NCBI GenBank assembly: GCA_903813345.2
Contig: CAIIXF020000001.1
Location: forward strand, 42,718,001 to 42,782,000
DNA length: 64,000 bases
Reading direction: 5' to 3'
From: Owenia fusiformis
Lineage: Eukaryota
Part shown: piece by piece, positions 56,301 to 63,936 of the stretch
Layout of the letters: each line of letters opens with the position of its first letter
How positions within the stretch are numbered: position 1 is the stretch's first letter
Made by a program: the position numbers and the translations under genes
Notes under the pieces: model-generated
What the model saw: only the letters and a program-made list of their open reading frames with translations
What the model was told of the DNA's origin: nothing
Databases searched by the model: none

Positions 56301-59300
56301 TAAATTCAGTCGATATCAAGTGGAAGAGATCAATTTTTGCAATATGATACCTGAAAGTATGCTGCATTGAAATCAAATTATATTGTTTTAAAAAAATTAC
56401 ACAATGGGATTATCAACATAGATATACTGAAGGTTATCTAATACAGCTGTCTTGAAGGTGAACCTCCATCCTATTGAATGAAGTTATTTTCTAGCATTGG
56501 CTCTCAACTAGCTAGAAAGCCCCCATTTTCTAGCTACTGTACTGCTTTCAAGTCACTTCATATTTACCAAGATACTCTCTTGATAATTGCGAATATTCCA
56601 TAGATTTCATAATAATCTTATTCCCCACTGAAGAGTCTGTGGGTTGTAATGCTGGGTTATTTGTGCATACAAGTTATCTTGGCAAATTGTAAAAATTTGA
56701 ATTCCTGTTTCAGAGCTACAGTTTGAAAGATGAGTTAGCTCAGAAGAGAAAGCTGAAGCTGTGAAACCTTATCAAGTACCACGACTATTATAAGTTGAGG
56801 GATAGTGAGTATTTTTTATGTACTGTATAAACATGTAATTATTAAGATTTTGTAGTTTGGGGCATATCTTTTACATTGAAATAACATACCTCAATACATT
56901 CTTGAACTTCTCATGTAAGTCTTAATTTGCTAAGAACCCAAATCGGATGGATTTATTAAGATCTTTTAGTTTTTAGATTGGATTTCATTCATTGCACCAC
57001 AAGTCAAGATGGAGGAAGGCTATAGTAGGGAACTCTCCGTTAACTCTGTATCTGGTGCTACAAATGCACATAGCCAATATGTACCAACAATAGATGGAGG
57101 AATTTTGATGTACAATGTTGAACACGCAAAAATTGCTATTCAAAATGAAATTATTTCATTCTGTCGATAAACTCAGACAACTGAGAGTTTCAACTACACA
57201 AAAAGAATCCTAGATTACTCAGGAATTCGTTGAGGTATGCTATTTTTCAGTACTATGTTCCTAACTACCAAATCACAATCCAATGGGTGGACAGACATAT
57301 AACATCATACTCCGGTAATCTACTGGATATAGAATGTGTATTGGAATCAGGACAAGCAGATATAAAAAAGCTAAAATACATAGGTCTATAAATATGTATA
57401 TAATAAAAAGGATCTAGTTGAATTCACCATACACAAAGTTTACCTTCTAAGGCCACTGTATCGTGGCCTTCCAGTACAGATATATTCTTGCATGAACAAC
57501 TGGTCATGTCATAATCATAAAATTTGAAATCATATGTCCGCCATTTTTCTACATCACAATTTGAATTGCCAGTTTTGGTCTTATTACCTCACCAAAAATT
57601 CCAAAACACACATAAAGTAATCAGTGTATTAGTTTACATCTTCTGGATCGCTAACTTAGAATCTACAGCCAGTTACTAATGTCAGACGTTAACGACATTT
57701 CGTCCAGTTTTCGAACATCGCCATTTTTCTTGGAGCCATTTTGTTTTAATTTTAGACAAAATCCTGATGAAATCATGTCATATCTCATCAAGGAGCCGAG
57801 CTGGGTCCGGTTTGATTAATAATTTATTTATCTGGCGATTTTTAAAATATTCAATAAATTTATGACACCACGGCCAGCTTTTTTCAAATAGAGTTCACAG
57901 TATTCCAGATGAAAGGCTTTGTATAAAAAACCTCCTACCCACGTACCCTCGTACCCACGTACGTGGGTCCTGACCCAGTCTTTAAAGAGTTAAATCTTTA
58001 ACATTTTTAAAACATTATTCTATCTCAATGTATGCTTAATTATGGATGAATTTATGTACCCATATGCCTTTATTTCTAGATCGGACATCTGTCTCGTCAT
58101 AAAATAAAGCCGGCATTGCATAATGTTCATTTGAGCTATTTGAGTGTTGTTTTTGATATATCGAAGCGATTTTTTGTTGATCGGGCAGTCTTACAGTGTA
58201 CAACCAATCTATTGCTTGGCGCAAATTGGCAACATGGGGCATGTGTTGTAAAGTGCTGTAGTTTTTGACTCCATGAGCAGAATATGGTCAAACTTTCACA
58301 ACAAAATTCACATTGAATGACCTGAATGATTCTGGATTGACGAAGTTATTCAACTTTTCATCGGTCCTGTTTTTTAACACCCTGTAGTTTCGATTTTTAT
58401 CACATACTTTTTATTCTTTCAAACGATATTACAAGTATTCATTGTTTGCACGACAGATTTGAACTATACGTGTAATTTGTCTTATGTCTTTTATTTAATT
58501 TAACATCAGAATTGGAGATACAAAGTGATAGAGTGATCAATTCACACGATCTCAAGGAATAATAAAGGCTGCATTTCTGTTTAACCGTGGCGCAATTGAA
58601 TAACGAAATATTTGAAAAGTAGAAGGATTCGCTATATTCGTTTTTAATCGCTTTTTGGCACAATTTAAGGATAATTGTGCGCACTAGTTCAGTGAATCAT
58701 TTAGATGGAATTGAAAGTTAGAGTTGCCAAACTTATGCAGGGGAGTGTAAGTTTGGTTTTGTAAACTTCGACATTATTCATGGCCGTTTGATCCATAATT
58801 AGGTAATATGAAGAGTAGCGTTTTATTTTGACAATGATTTGATGTAAAACTGGTTTGAATGATAAAAGTTCAGCTTTGTAGTTTCTAGCTTTTTGCGCGT
58901 AAAACGTGAATACAATGGACAACAACGACACCAAATCTTTGACTAACATACGTTAATAACGTATAATATTCGTAGGAATGAATTCTAATAACATTTGAAA
59001 TAAACATCTAATAAAATGTGGTGAATTTAATTGGTTGGAAACTCTAAGAAATATATTTTTAAAAAGATGTCAACTTTTGGACAAGGGTAAACTTCCCGGG
59101 ACATTTACAATCTGCATGAGGTAACAGGAGGCACGGATTGCACTGAACGAAGGCTAGGAGATTGCTAATCAGCACTGATGTGTTATACAGGTAAGACTGC
59201 CCGATCAACAAAAAACATTTCGACATATCAAAAACATAAATCAAATAGCTCAAAAATAGTGAACATTTATGCAATTCCGGCTTTATTTTATTTTACTAGA

Positions 59301-60274
59301 GAGATGTCAGACCTATAAATAAAGGCATATGGATGCATAAATTCATCTATAATTCAGGATAAACTGAGATTGAATAATGTTTTAAACATTTAAAAATTTA
59401 ACTCTTTAAAGACTGGGTCAGGACCCACGTACGTGGGTACGAGGGTACGTGTAGTATGTATCCAACAGACTGACTAGAAGTCAGTCTGTTATGATGTACT
59501 ACTTTCCTGTGGAAATTGCAGTGAAATTTTTTTCACAAAATTATCAATTAGAGGAACCAATTTTTTAATTAAATAAACATTACAAAATTTCAATTAAATA
59601 GTAAGGTACAATTAAATGCAATAAAAAGTAACACAGCATATTGTCAAGTGGAAATAAAGCTAGTTGAAGTAACAAATTGCAAATTAATTTTACCAAATCG
59701 GCCATTTTGAATAGCACTTCCTATGTAAACAAATATCTATAATTACCAAACTTTAACATAGGTGCCTTATAGTCTGAATATAATTCAGACTAAATAGGAT
59801 ATAGTCTAAGGGTACGTGGGTAGGAGGTTTTTTATACAAAGCCCAGATGAAATCCCCTCTAGCCAATTATTGGCTAGAGACTCGAGTAACACCAAGTGTA
59901 TTTGACTCAATCTTTTTTACAATGTATACGTTGCCTATGCTAAAGCTGAGACTAAAGTGAGTGAAGTAGGATCACTCTAGGATGAAGAAATCATTCGATG
60001 GAAGCAAAGATATTATTCTTTAAATTAAAAAGATCTGATTTCAAATAAAACTTTTCTACTCCTGTGAAAATAAATTCATTTGGGTTTGTGTTGATTTATA
60101 AATCACATGACCTGATGACCATTGATCAGCTGAGTTTTTTTCTTGAAAAATGGAGCCAATTTGAAAGAAGTTATAATTGTCGATAGATTTGTCAGTACTT
60201 ACATGTTTTACCGCCTTTGATATTTTCTCTACAATTTTGTCTTTTAGTTCAACGTTTTCAAACGGCTTGGCCAT
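2275..60274 (-). CDS. PLEKHM2: Pleckstrin homology domain-containing family M member 2 (SKIP); full 17-exon CDS, 1020 aa
   Basis: Manually spliced exons (GT-AG, phases consistent) sum to 3063 nt. Peptides match recalled human PLEKHM2 throughout: KDKIVEKISKAVK, LCQHLDHALLHG, GYW..TNLGRGRAW, LESYLRL, PYLDL, LEVIRV, LDNN..LMLNVF, VCTNRRKQ, LVHWQD, CLGCRR, CCLVLT..CHEDPQTHFFRTLG. Confidence 0.95.
5720..6420. repeat. Degenerate ~38-bp tandem array (~16 copies) overlapping the exon 16 donor
   Basis: Consensus CATGTACTGTACTTTGAAATGCTGTGCCCATGTATCTAAG. Confidence 0.8.
6391..6510 (-). CDS. PLEKHM2: PLEKHM2 exon 16 (DFESSDSSVSKEQWVVYFNC...TWAEHFK)
   Basis: TTTCAG/GTACTG, 120 nt; matches human WVIYLSCTSELDRL..W. 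Confidence 0.9.
8682..9195 (-). pseudogene. Mariner remnant: TIR plus decayed transposase C-terminus
   Basis: TA-TGAGGGGTGATCAATAAGT terminus; minus strand ~9030-9195 reads KGCRF..DEVKQAV*...FQSWVKR..KCVGLDGTYVE. Confidence 0.7.
10097..10270 (-). CDS. PLEKHM2: PLEKHM2 exon 15 (IEKKNNECMACCLVLT...TYVIL)
   Basis: TTCCAG/GTAAGT, 174 nt; CHEDPQTHFFRTLG vs human CHEDCQTSFFRSLG. Confidence 0.93.
13749..14657 (+). mobile_element. Helentron-associated (HINE/DINE-1-like) non-autonomous element
   Basis: ATGGCAGCC/GGCAGCCAT core motifs, (GACA)n microsatellite ~14510-14617, terminal hairpin TAGCTCA..TGAGCTA followed by an A-run; 5' boundary approximate. Confidence 0.55.
13955..14349. mobile_element. 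MITE with perfect 27-bp TIRs and an internal ~185-bp direct duplication
   Basis: CAAAGGACGATTCTCGGTTTGGAGAAC...GTTCTCCAAACCGAGAATCGTCCTTTG; TGAGCATTATCCCTGCTTC... occurs twice. Confidence 0.75.
14660..14940. repeat. ~114-bp tandem repeat, ~2.5 copies
   Basis: AAATTACACCCAACACACTTCATTTTT..CATTTGTTAAT.GAATGATTATCA repeated. Confidence 0.75.
15400..15562 (-). CDS. PLEKHM2: PLEKHM2 exon 14 (GEECLGCRR...WLMNLCQAVAQKH)
   Basis: TGTAG/GTAAGT, 163 nt, phase 2->0; PH C-terminal helix Trp. Confidence 0.93.
17292..17360 (-). CDS. PLEKHM2: PLEKHM2 exon 13 (NGTLFQYTDANSTQSPILAVHL)
   Basis: TTCCAG/GTGAGT, 69 nt, phase 2->2; matches human NGILYQY...PLLSVNMG. Confidence 0.9.
19887..20597. mobile_element. 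Tc1/mariner-superfamily MITE
   Basis: TACTGTATTCTCTCCAATAAACGCACA vs TGTGCATTTATTAGAGATAATACGGTA, TA ends. Confidence 0.7.
23612..23778 (-). CDS. PLEKHM2: PLEKHM2 exon 12 (LNEVSLKSYSLVHWQD...WKPGYFEL)
   Basis: TTGCAG/GTGTGT, 167 nt, phase 0->2; start of the PH domain. Confidence 0.92.
25021..25202. mobile_element. Short Tc1/pogo-like MITE, same family as 36183-37007
   Basis: TACAGTAAAACCTG...TTTTACTGTA; repeated GGAACACCTC. Confidence 0.75.
26573..26760 (+). pseudogene. Decayed mariner transposase N-terminal HTH fragment
   Basis: EQRLCIKICVRQGK..DT....ATYED, then frameshifted IRSWFNKFNIGISTIKD; matches the mariner EQR..IKF....GK / WF..F..G pattern. Confidence 0.7.
27502..27652 (+). repeat. 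Short interspersed Helentron-like repeat; related copies at ~39235-39420 and ~17732-17765
   Basis: Shared ACAAGGCA..ACATG.AAAATGTCAC.ACCT head and ATGTC.CCAC..GTGGTGACAT-AAAA terminal hairpin. Confidence 0.6.
33071..33258. repeat. Imperfect foldback (~50-bp arms), probably an old MITE
   Basis: AATCCTGCCACCCTTTGATATAT... vs ...ATATATCAAAAGGTGGCAGGATT. Confidence 0.6.
33914..37847. mobile_element. Non-autonomous Academ-like DNA transposon, ~3.9 kb, ~550-bp TIRs
   Basis: TAGACAGGTTCCAATT...AATTGGAACCTGTCTA termini, 3-bp TSD TAG; arms ~33914-34465 vs ~37310-37847. Confidence 0.75.
36183..37007. mobile_element. Tc1/pogo-like MITE nested in the Academ-like element
   Basis: TA-CAGTAGAACCTG..AAGTGGAACAC...GTGTTCCACTTAGCAGGTTCTACTG-TA. 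Confidence 0.8.
38762..38894 (-). CDS. PLEKHM2: PLEKHM2 exon 11 (LIMSSLDG...ILSDATTQIISMRKYAAQDAKSE)
   Basis: TATAG/GTACAT, 133 nt, phase 2->0; matches human ILTDATMEKLALAKFVAQESKCE. Confidence 0.9.
40291..40354. mobile_element. 64-bp hairpin mini-element with 9-bp TSD
   Basis: CATCTTC...GAAGATG ends; TSD CCATGAATC at 40282-40290 and 40355-40363. Confidence 0.7.
40472..40980. mobile_element. Non-autonomous TIR element (CA..GGCGTAGCGC ends, 5-bp TSD TCATT) with a nested palindromic element at ~40487-40816
   Basis: CATGGGCGTAGCGC...GCGCTACGCCTTTG; TCATT on both sides; internal 29-bp perfect stem 40497-40608. Confidence 0.6.
41038..41126 (-). CDS. PLEKHM2: PLEKHM2 exon 10 (LSMGYQVINIVCTNRRKQVWLCTGDYTLT)
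   Basis: TATAG/GTAGGA, 89 nt, phase 0->2; VCTNRRKQ as in human. Confidence 0.92.
42618..42767 (-). CDS. PLEKHM2: PLEKHM2 exon 9 (MFALTQGHTEGQLE...EIDFIS)
   Basis: TTTTAG/GTAAGT, 150 nt; matches human GHMEGNLQ...ELDYVS. Confidence 0.92.
43433..43501. repeat. 21-bp minisatellite, ~3 copies
   Basis: ATGTCAAGATAGCAGTAAATT repeated. Confidence 0.85.
43824..44603. mobile_element. Foldback MITE, near-palindromic, TA-flanked (element A)
   Basis: TTACCTTCTGTAATCACGCG...CGCGTGATTACAGAAGGTAA; arms ~320-360 bp; TA on both sides. Confidence 0.8.
44606..45243. mobile_element. Mariner-type MITE with ~190-bp TIRs, TA TSD (element B)
   Basis: CAAGGGCCGATCAAAAAGTTTCTTACCGTTGGCTC and its exact reverse complement at the right end; mariner-like terminus. 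Confidence 0.85.
45446..45515 (-). CDS. PLEKHM2: PLEKHM2 exon 8 (LDNNMKLHLMLNVFQSENEQFTK)
   Basis: CCAG/GTGGGA, 70 nt, phase 2->0; matches human VDNNHLLLLMIHVFRENEEQLFK. Confidence 0.92.
46060..47282 (-). CDS. PLEKHM2: PLEKHM2 exon 7, 1223-nt exon encoding the Ser-rich then acidic disordered linker with LEVIRV motif
   Basis: Corresponds to the 407-aa ORF; TAG acceptor, GTAAGT donor, phase 0->2. Confidence 0.9.
47802..47912 (-). CDS. PLEKHM2: PLEKHM2 exon 6 (NQPYLDLSSYRP...HLAQ)
   Basis: TGCAG/GTAGCT, 111 nt; PYLDL motif conserved. Confidence 0.85.
48391..48453 (-). CDS. PLEKHM2: PLEKHM2 exon 5 (RLEVLVTLLSGLEHAVFQLDM)
   Basis: TTTCAG/GTAAAC, 63 nt; matches human TLVSGLEFIRFELDL. Confidence 0.9.
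49000..49124 (-). CDS. PLEKHM2: PLEKHM2 exon 4 (GRAWMYHALNDCLLESYLRL...DQE)
   Basis: CAG/GT, 125 nt, phase 1->0; RUN motif RAW..ALN..LESYL. Confidence 0.93.
49465..49574 (-). CDS. PLEKHM2: PLEKHM2 exon 3 (LKNITNGYWKLSVEFTHK...VTTNLGR)
   Basis: TTTTAG acceptor, GTATGT donor, 110 nt, phase 2->1; RUN motif GYW. Confidence 0.92.
49591..49742 (+). repeat. 5' LTR
   Basis: Identical by eye to 54768-54919; contains AATAAA. Confidence 0.97.
50116..54297 (+). CDS. Gag-Pol polyprotein, 1393 aa (gag with two Cys/His knuckles, aspartic protease, RT, RNase H, integrase)
   Basis: CDRCGYIH...C and CHNCKKLNHFSSVC knuckles, DTGA protease, FMDD RT, ADSS..GLGGVL / YAQIEKE / TDHKPL RNase H, HEGH...CKHC and SDNGPQF / SNGLAER integrase. 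Order PR-RT-RH-IN indicates Gypsy. Confidence 0.97.
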   Translation: MAKIQPPNPFNFDKPNEWIAWRERFLRFRLATKLNKEDDITQVSQLIYIMGQSAEDIYKQFTFEPLPVAEDGQILDPPDNRYNFDAVLGKFDNYFVPKINIIHERRVFNLRQLGESETMEEYIRDLYKLSQHCSFVDRNEMIRDKIIVSIKGRDLSERVQTLAMTCDLTLEKTIELVRSHELIISQSQAEGRPTDTSNVDFVRKRPPQQRATRQNYRKQDQAQHKADKHKCDRCGYIHRNDKCPAKGKTCHNCKKLNHFSSVCKSNKKSVDKRVVHECYDECADADLDTTEFHVGELVHLVDSAKSLIVDRHTEPPWRVTLPICGKLMSFKIDTGADVNVMSNKAYECLTPKPRLQRHDGPPLKSVGGVIDTRGYFITNSNLDGTKFSMRIFVLNGPKCDNLLCRRSAKMLNLVTKNVHVVTQTSQSEAGKIGSDPGNHRNKIPIPPSNNTSEMPGHVKDPINDNELYGEVGTMKCEPVKIELKQDAEPYAVVVPRRVPFPIMKPLQEKLESMESNGIIAKITEPTEWCSPMVPVVSKSGKIRVTVDFRKLNKSVKRERFVLPTIDCILQKLSGSSVFSTLDATGGFHQVPLSEVSQRLTTFITPFGRYVYKKMPQGISLAPEIFQREMSRILQNCPGVAVFMDDIIVHGKNVEDHDKNLKQVLQKIKQSGLVLNKAKCHYRKPELVFLGHKISANGVSPDPAKVAAIVEMEIPENVEELRRFLGMINWIGRFIPNLSTMLHPLNELLRKDTIWTWGKAQMDAFETVKQKVSSKPVLKYYDINKPSRVSADSSCYGLGGVLEQQHGTDWFPVHYCSRSLTDAERRYAQIEKELLAGVWSMEKFSQYLVGLESFVYVTDHKPLVPIINQKDLDQTPVRCQRMLIRLMRFNCIAEYRPGKTLVIADTLSRKPLSSMESNTVESVTEYESFIYDNLPVAKSRLENIRDLSQIDPEISTVMNYVLHGWPEYYKDVKEVAKRYYDCRESLSVVNDILMYGNRITIPAACRNNILDQIHEGHFGIHKCRERANATVRWPGLTSQIKELEAKCKHCQILKPKQRSEPLIPTKLPDRPWQQLATDLCECFKKQYLVTVDYYSRYLEIAHVRGSVTTTQIINKLKKIFARNGIPEVLVSDNGPQFSSKQFADFTKEFDFKHVTSSPRYSQSNGLAERAVQTAKRILKSEDPLSSLMNYRATPVSSTGKTPSQLLYGRQIRTKLPVSPENLNPNWPDKQEVQNNDAKAKSLYAKHFNRSHGARKLEKLSPGQSVRVKLDQEKAWSKPYKVLNQAHTPRSYIIKSDSGTLFRRNRRHLMPTGHDPTPTPERGSNMLKPMVFLSSKHPKEGGMDSGGQNTNNVPLTSNTTPVSHSSIITEPSSSSPLRKSKRIVNQPKWLKDYVT
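54768..54919 (+). repeat. 3' LTR
   Basis: Identical by eye to 49591-49742; preceded by the PPT. Confidence 0.97.
55844..55947 (-). CDS. PLEKHM2: PLEKHM2 exon 2 (IQSKCNSGED...LCQHLDHALLHG), RUN domain start
   Basis: CAG acceptor, GTATGT donor, 104 nt, phase 0->2. Confidence 0.92.
57915..59843. mobile_element. Non-autonomous Mutator-like (MULE) DNA transposon with ~290-bp TIRs
   Basis: Termini GGCTTTGTATAAAAAACCTCCTACCCACG and its reverse complement. 9-bp TSD CAGATGAAA (57906-57914, 59844-59852). The right TIR is interrupted by a nested insertion. Confidence 0.85.
59452..59808. mobile_element. 357-bp non-autonomous element with TAG...CTA ends and 10-bp TSD (AcademH-like), nested in the MULE TIR
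   Basis: TSD AGGGTACGTG (59442-59451, 59809-59818); short imperfect TIR; subterminal hairpins at both ends. Confidence 0.7.
60203..60274 (-). CDS. PLEKHM2: PLEKHM2 coding exon 1 (MAKPFENVELKDKIVEKISKAVKH)
   Basis: ATG at 60274; donor GTAAGT; resembles human N-terminus VKDRILENISLSVKK. Confidence 0.9.
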
Positions 60275-60561
60275 CGTTATTGAGGATACATTTAGACATA
60301 AAGAGAGGAGAAAATTTCAAAATTTTCGAACCGGAAATAAACAAACTTGGGTTGAGCTAGATGTCAAACTCACTGATGGTTTTTATCATTTTAATTGACT
60401 AATTAAAGTAGATTTTTTGCCATCCATTTCAAAAAACAATTATCTTATCACTTCACAGCAATTGAAGCTATATGATTTTATTTCGATCAGAATGTCGGAT
60501 TGTAGAACATTATTAAACCAACTCGTGATTTCGCCAGATTTGCCATCCAGTGAAAACTGTG
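60275..60561. promoter_or_regulatory. Bidirectional promoter/5' UTR region shared by PLEKHM2 and SFT2D3-like gene
   Basis: Divergent start codons ~290-305 bp apart; ETS-type CCGGAAAT at 60331-60338. Confidence 0.65.
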
Positions 60562-60579
60562 ATGACAAAATTAAAAAAA

Positions 60580-63500
60580 ATGGAAAGTTTAAAAGATTAT
60601 ACAAATTCGAACAAATCTGAGTCTACCGAAAGTTTATTAGGGGGCTCGAAGGCGCTTTCATGGTTCAAGAACCCACTGAAGAGAGACGAGGCATCAGAAA
60701 ATTTAGAAGAGACCAGTAATGGCTGGTTTGCCACTGCCAATAATGACCCATTTTTACCAAGTCTGGTGAGTCAATTTTTTCTTCAACATGTACATGTATT
60801 GTAATGACTTCAGTGTGAAGGATATGTCCCTAAAGCTAGCCATACAATGGGGCATTGTCTGACTTTGTCACTTCCGATTTGTCCCAACTTGTCCCCCAGA
60901 CATAATGGTACAGTGTCCTACGTTCTCCCATTTTGTCCAATGTTGTCTGGAATATTGCGCCATTTTATCCAAAAATAGTCATATGATCATCACATGATGA
61001 AATGCCCCTCATGTCCCAAGAAAAGAATTAAACATGTTCATTCTTTTCTTAGGACATAAAGGGACTTATCCCGTAGGACTATAGTCCTGTAACGAGCGCA
61101 TTATTTTGCCTGTACGATTACAACTTGGGAGAATTATCTACGCCCCTTACACTTAAGATACCTACTTCAATAGATTCCTGGATATTTTAGCATTCTTTTC
61201 GTGTAGTTGAATCCACAATTGTTTGGGTATATTGGCAGAATGTGAACATTTTTCTTTTTCATCGAGAGATATTCCATCACTTTCTAAGATGGCGGTTGGA
61301 TTTAAAAGGGAATTCCCCGTTTGACTGACTCGGAAGTGGCCCGGATGTACTGATAAATGGAAGAATTTGACAGTTGAAATAAGTTTAATATTACACGCAA
61401 ATATTGCGATCAAAAACGAAAATTTCTTTGTTCTGCCGATAAACCCAGACAATTGTGGATTCAACTACACGAAAAGAATGCTAAAATACCAAGGAATCTA
61501 TTGAAATAGGTATCTTAAGTGTAAGAAGCATAGAAAATTCTCCCATGTTGTAATCGTACAGGCAAAAGAATAAGACGTTCACAGGACTATAGTCCTGGCA
61601 CGGGATAAAAAGGGACAACTTGGGACAAAATCGAACAACGTCTGATAATGTCCCAGGGACAACTTGGGACAAAGTGGGACAATGTACCCTGATGTCCCTT
61701 GGGAATGTCCTAACTTGTCCTTCATGTCCCATGAAAATATTTTACTCAATTACTCCCTTGATAGCCCTTGATGTCCCATCATGTCCCATTGGTGTACAGC
61801 CATTGGTGTATGGCTAGCTTTTAAGCTAGCCTTAGCCATTTTGTCAGAAAATAGTCATATGATCGCCATGTGATGAAATACCCTCATTGGTCCAGTAATG
61901 TCCCTCGAAAAGAATCAACATGTTCATTCTTTTCTTGGGACATAAGGGGACAACTTGAAACAAAATTGGACAAATTGGGACAATGTCCCGGGGACAGCTT
62001 GGGACAAAAAGGGACAACGTTGGACAATGTCCCCTGATGTCCCAAGGATTGTGATATTGGTTCTCGATTGGAGGGGGAAGGGGGCTGTTAGCCTGTTACA
62101 CATAATTCCTTTTTACGTTAGATCATGGTTTTGGGATATAGGGTTACCTTTTACATGGGCTGAAAGCCCATGCTTTTTCTTATGACAGATTCACACTTCG
62201 AGTTTTCTTGCTAGGTTTCTTTACAGTTTTTGGTCCTTTCCCTTTGGCATTTACGCTTATATTTATTGTATAGGGCTTTAGACAAGTGTAATAGTGCAAT
62301 GTGCTTGGTATTGGATCATGGTCATGGTCTATTTTGGGCTATTTGTGGGGTTGCCTTTTTCTTATTTTTGACATTTAGTGATAGCAACAAAGTCAAAAAT
62401 TAAAAATGAGCAAACCGAATCCACATTTATGGGGGTAATTTTGCCTAGGAGCTTTATTACATTTTCCAGAGCTTCCAAAGTCACAACCTTGAGGCTTCTT
62501 TTCAAGCTTGTATGAATATTATTCATTTACAGTTGATTACTTGTATATGTTGTTACTACCTAATCAAATATACACATGTAATATGTGTACTTTTATATAC
62601 TTTATTACCACAATAGCAAGAATTGAAATTGATATAACTATTGTCAGGGCAGAATATTAGCCTACATTTAATCTCTTCATCTATTTTCAGTCTAAAAAGC
62701 AAAGAATCATAGGCTTTGTAATTTGTGTTCTAATGGGAACCTTCTGTTTTTCTCTGGTAAGTACAGTTTGATGCTAATTTACATCTCGTGATTGCAAATA
62801 TAAATGTGAACTCTTTAAAATGAACAACTCTATAGACTGTAATAATAACAATTCTCTAAAGCTTTTATTTTATTCATATTTTTTATTCAATTGTTTAAAA
62901 TAATGTTCATCCACCATAACTGCACATTGGATTTGCTCAATCTGCTGCTTCCGCCTTTTTTAATTTCTCTTGCATATCCAATATAATAAGGTTGCAAATT
63001 GACATTGGTATCTCAGACATAAGTAATATTCCTTAATATTTAATTGGCGTACAGTAGAACCTGTATATCTGAACACCTGGCTAATCCGAACACCTTCCAA
63101 TTTGAACACTTTTTTTCGGTCCCATTTTTTCCTCCCATTGACTCCCATGTTAAATAAACCTTGAAATCTGAACACCTCCTAATCTGAACAGTGAACAACC
63201 AGATATGAAAAAGTGACCTGTCTAATCTGAACATTTTTATCAGAAATCAAATGTCTGGACATTTCAATAATAGCCACATATTGAGTCAATGTTATAGTTG
63301 TTATTTATCTTTACATACACATTGTAATCAAAGAACCAATACTGTCCTAATTAATTTATTTAGTCTCAGTGACATCCCTTATTTGTAGAAAACAACAGGA
63401 TGATTTAAAAAGGTTTTACTGTAGTTCTAAACTGTTTTTTTTCATTGGCTGCGGAGAGCTCAAAGTTTATGACTCTATTGAAATAGATTATTATACGGGT

Positions 63501-63936
63501 CAATGTAAACGGCAAACAGACTCTTGTTGTTGCTTGCAATTGGAATCTCAAATACCAGGATGCACAATGTACAAATTGTTCGCAAGCATGGATCTTTGTT
63601 CGCAAGTGGAGAAATATGTTCGGGAGCGTGGAAATGGTGGTGCGTGACATAAGATTTAACGTTTGTGTTGTGAGAATTGTGGTTCGAGCGCAAGGAAGTA
63701 GTTTCTGATGTCAGAACTGATGTTTGCGTTCTTGGAAGTCTAGGAGGCCTGAAATTGCTGCATTATAAGAATACACAAAAGAGAACACAAAATTCAGTTG
63801 AATATACTCTTACATAACTCATGTTTATAAAACATATATGTTTTTTTCAGTCCATGCTGTATATACCATTCCTAATTCTAAAGGCTCGAAAGTTTGCACT
63901 ACTATACTCTTTAGGCAGCTTATTTATAATTGCAAG
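60580..63936 (+). CDS. SFT2D3: Vesicle transport protein SFT2C-like (Got1/Sft2 family), 5' part: exons 60580-60765, 62691-62756, 63851-63936; continues beyond the window
   Basis: Spliced peptide ...NGWFATANNDPFLPSL|SKKQRIIGFVICVLMGTFCFSL|SMLYIPFLILKARKFALLYSLGSLFIIA carries the SFT2 signature. Donors GTGAGT, GTAAGT, GTGAGA; acceptors TTTTCAG. An alternative in-frame ATG lies at 60562. Confidence 0.88.
60831..61823. mobile_element. GTCCC/GGGAC-rich MITE (PIF/Harbinger-like termini) in SFT2D3 intron 1; a partial duplicate follows at ~61836-62045
   Basis: AAAGCTAGCCATACA...TGTATGGCTAGCTTT inverted ends; many TGTCCC/GGGACA motifs. Confidence 0.6.
61066..61608. mobile_element. 543-bp foldback element with ~170-bp TIRs and 8-bp TSD, nested in the preceding MITE
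   Basis: TTATCCCGT..AGGACTATAGTCCTG termini; TSD AAAGGGAC (61058-61065, 61609-61616). Confidence 0.8.
63050..63423. mobile_element. Tc1/pogo-like MITE in SFT2D3 intron 2
   Basis: TACAGTAGAACCT...AGGTTTTACTGTA; repeated TCTGAACAC. Confidence 0.6.

Noticed and set aside
57985..59402. TTAA-CTCTTTAAAGACTGGG motifs resembling piggyBac ends
   Set aside because: They face outward and are internal to the MULE TIRs; the true ends are fixed by the 9-bp TSD
63369..63693. Overlapping 70-90-aa ORFs in a CpG-richer part of SFT2D3 intron 2
   Set aside because: No recognisable homology; SFT2D3 exons 2 and 3 join in frame without them
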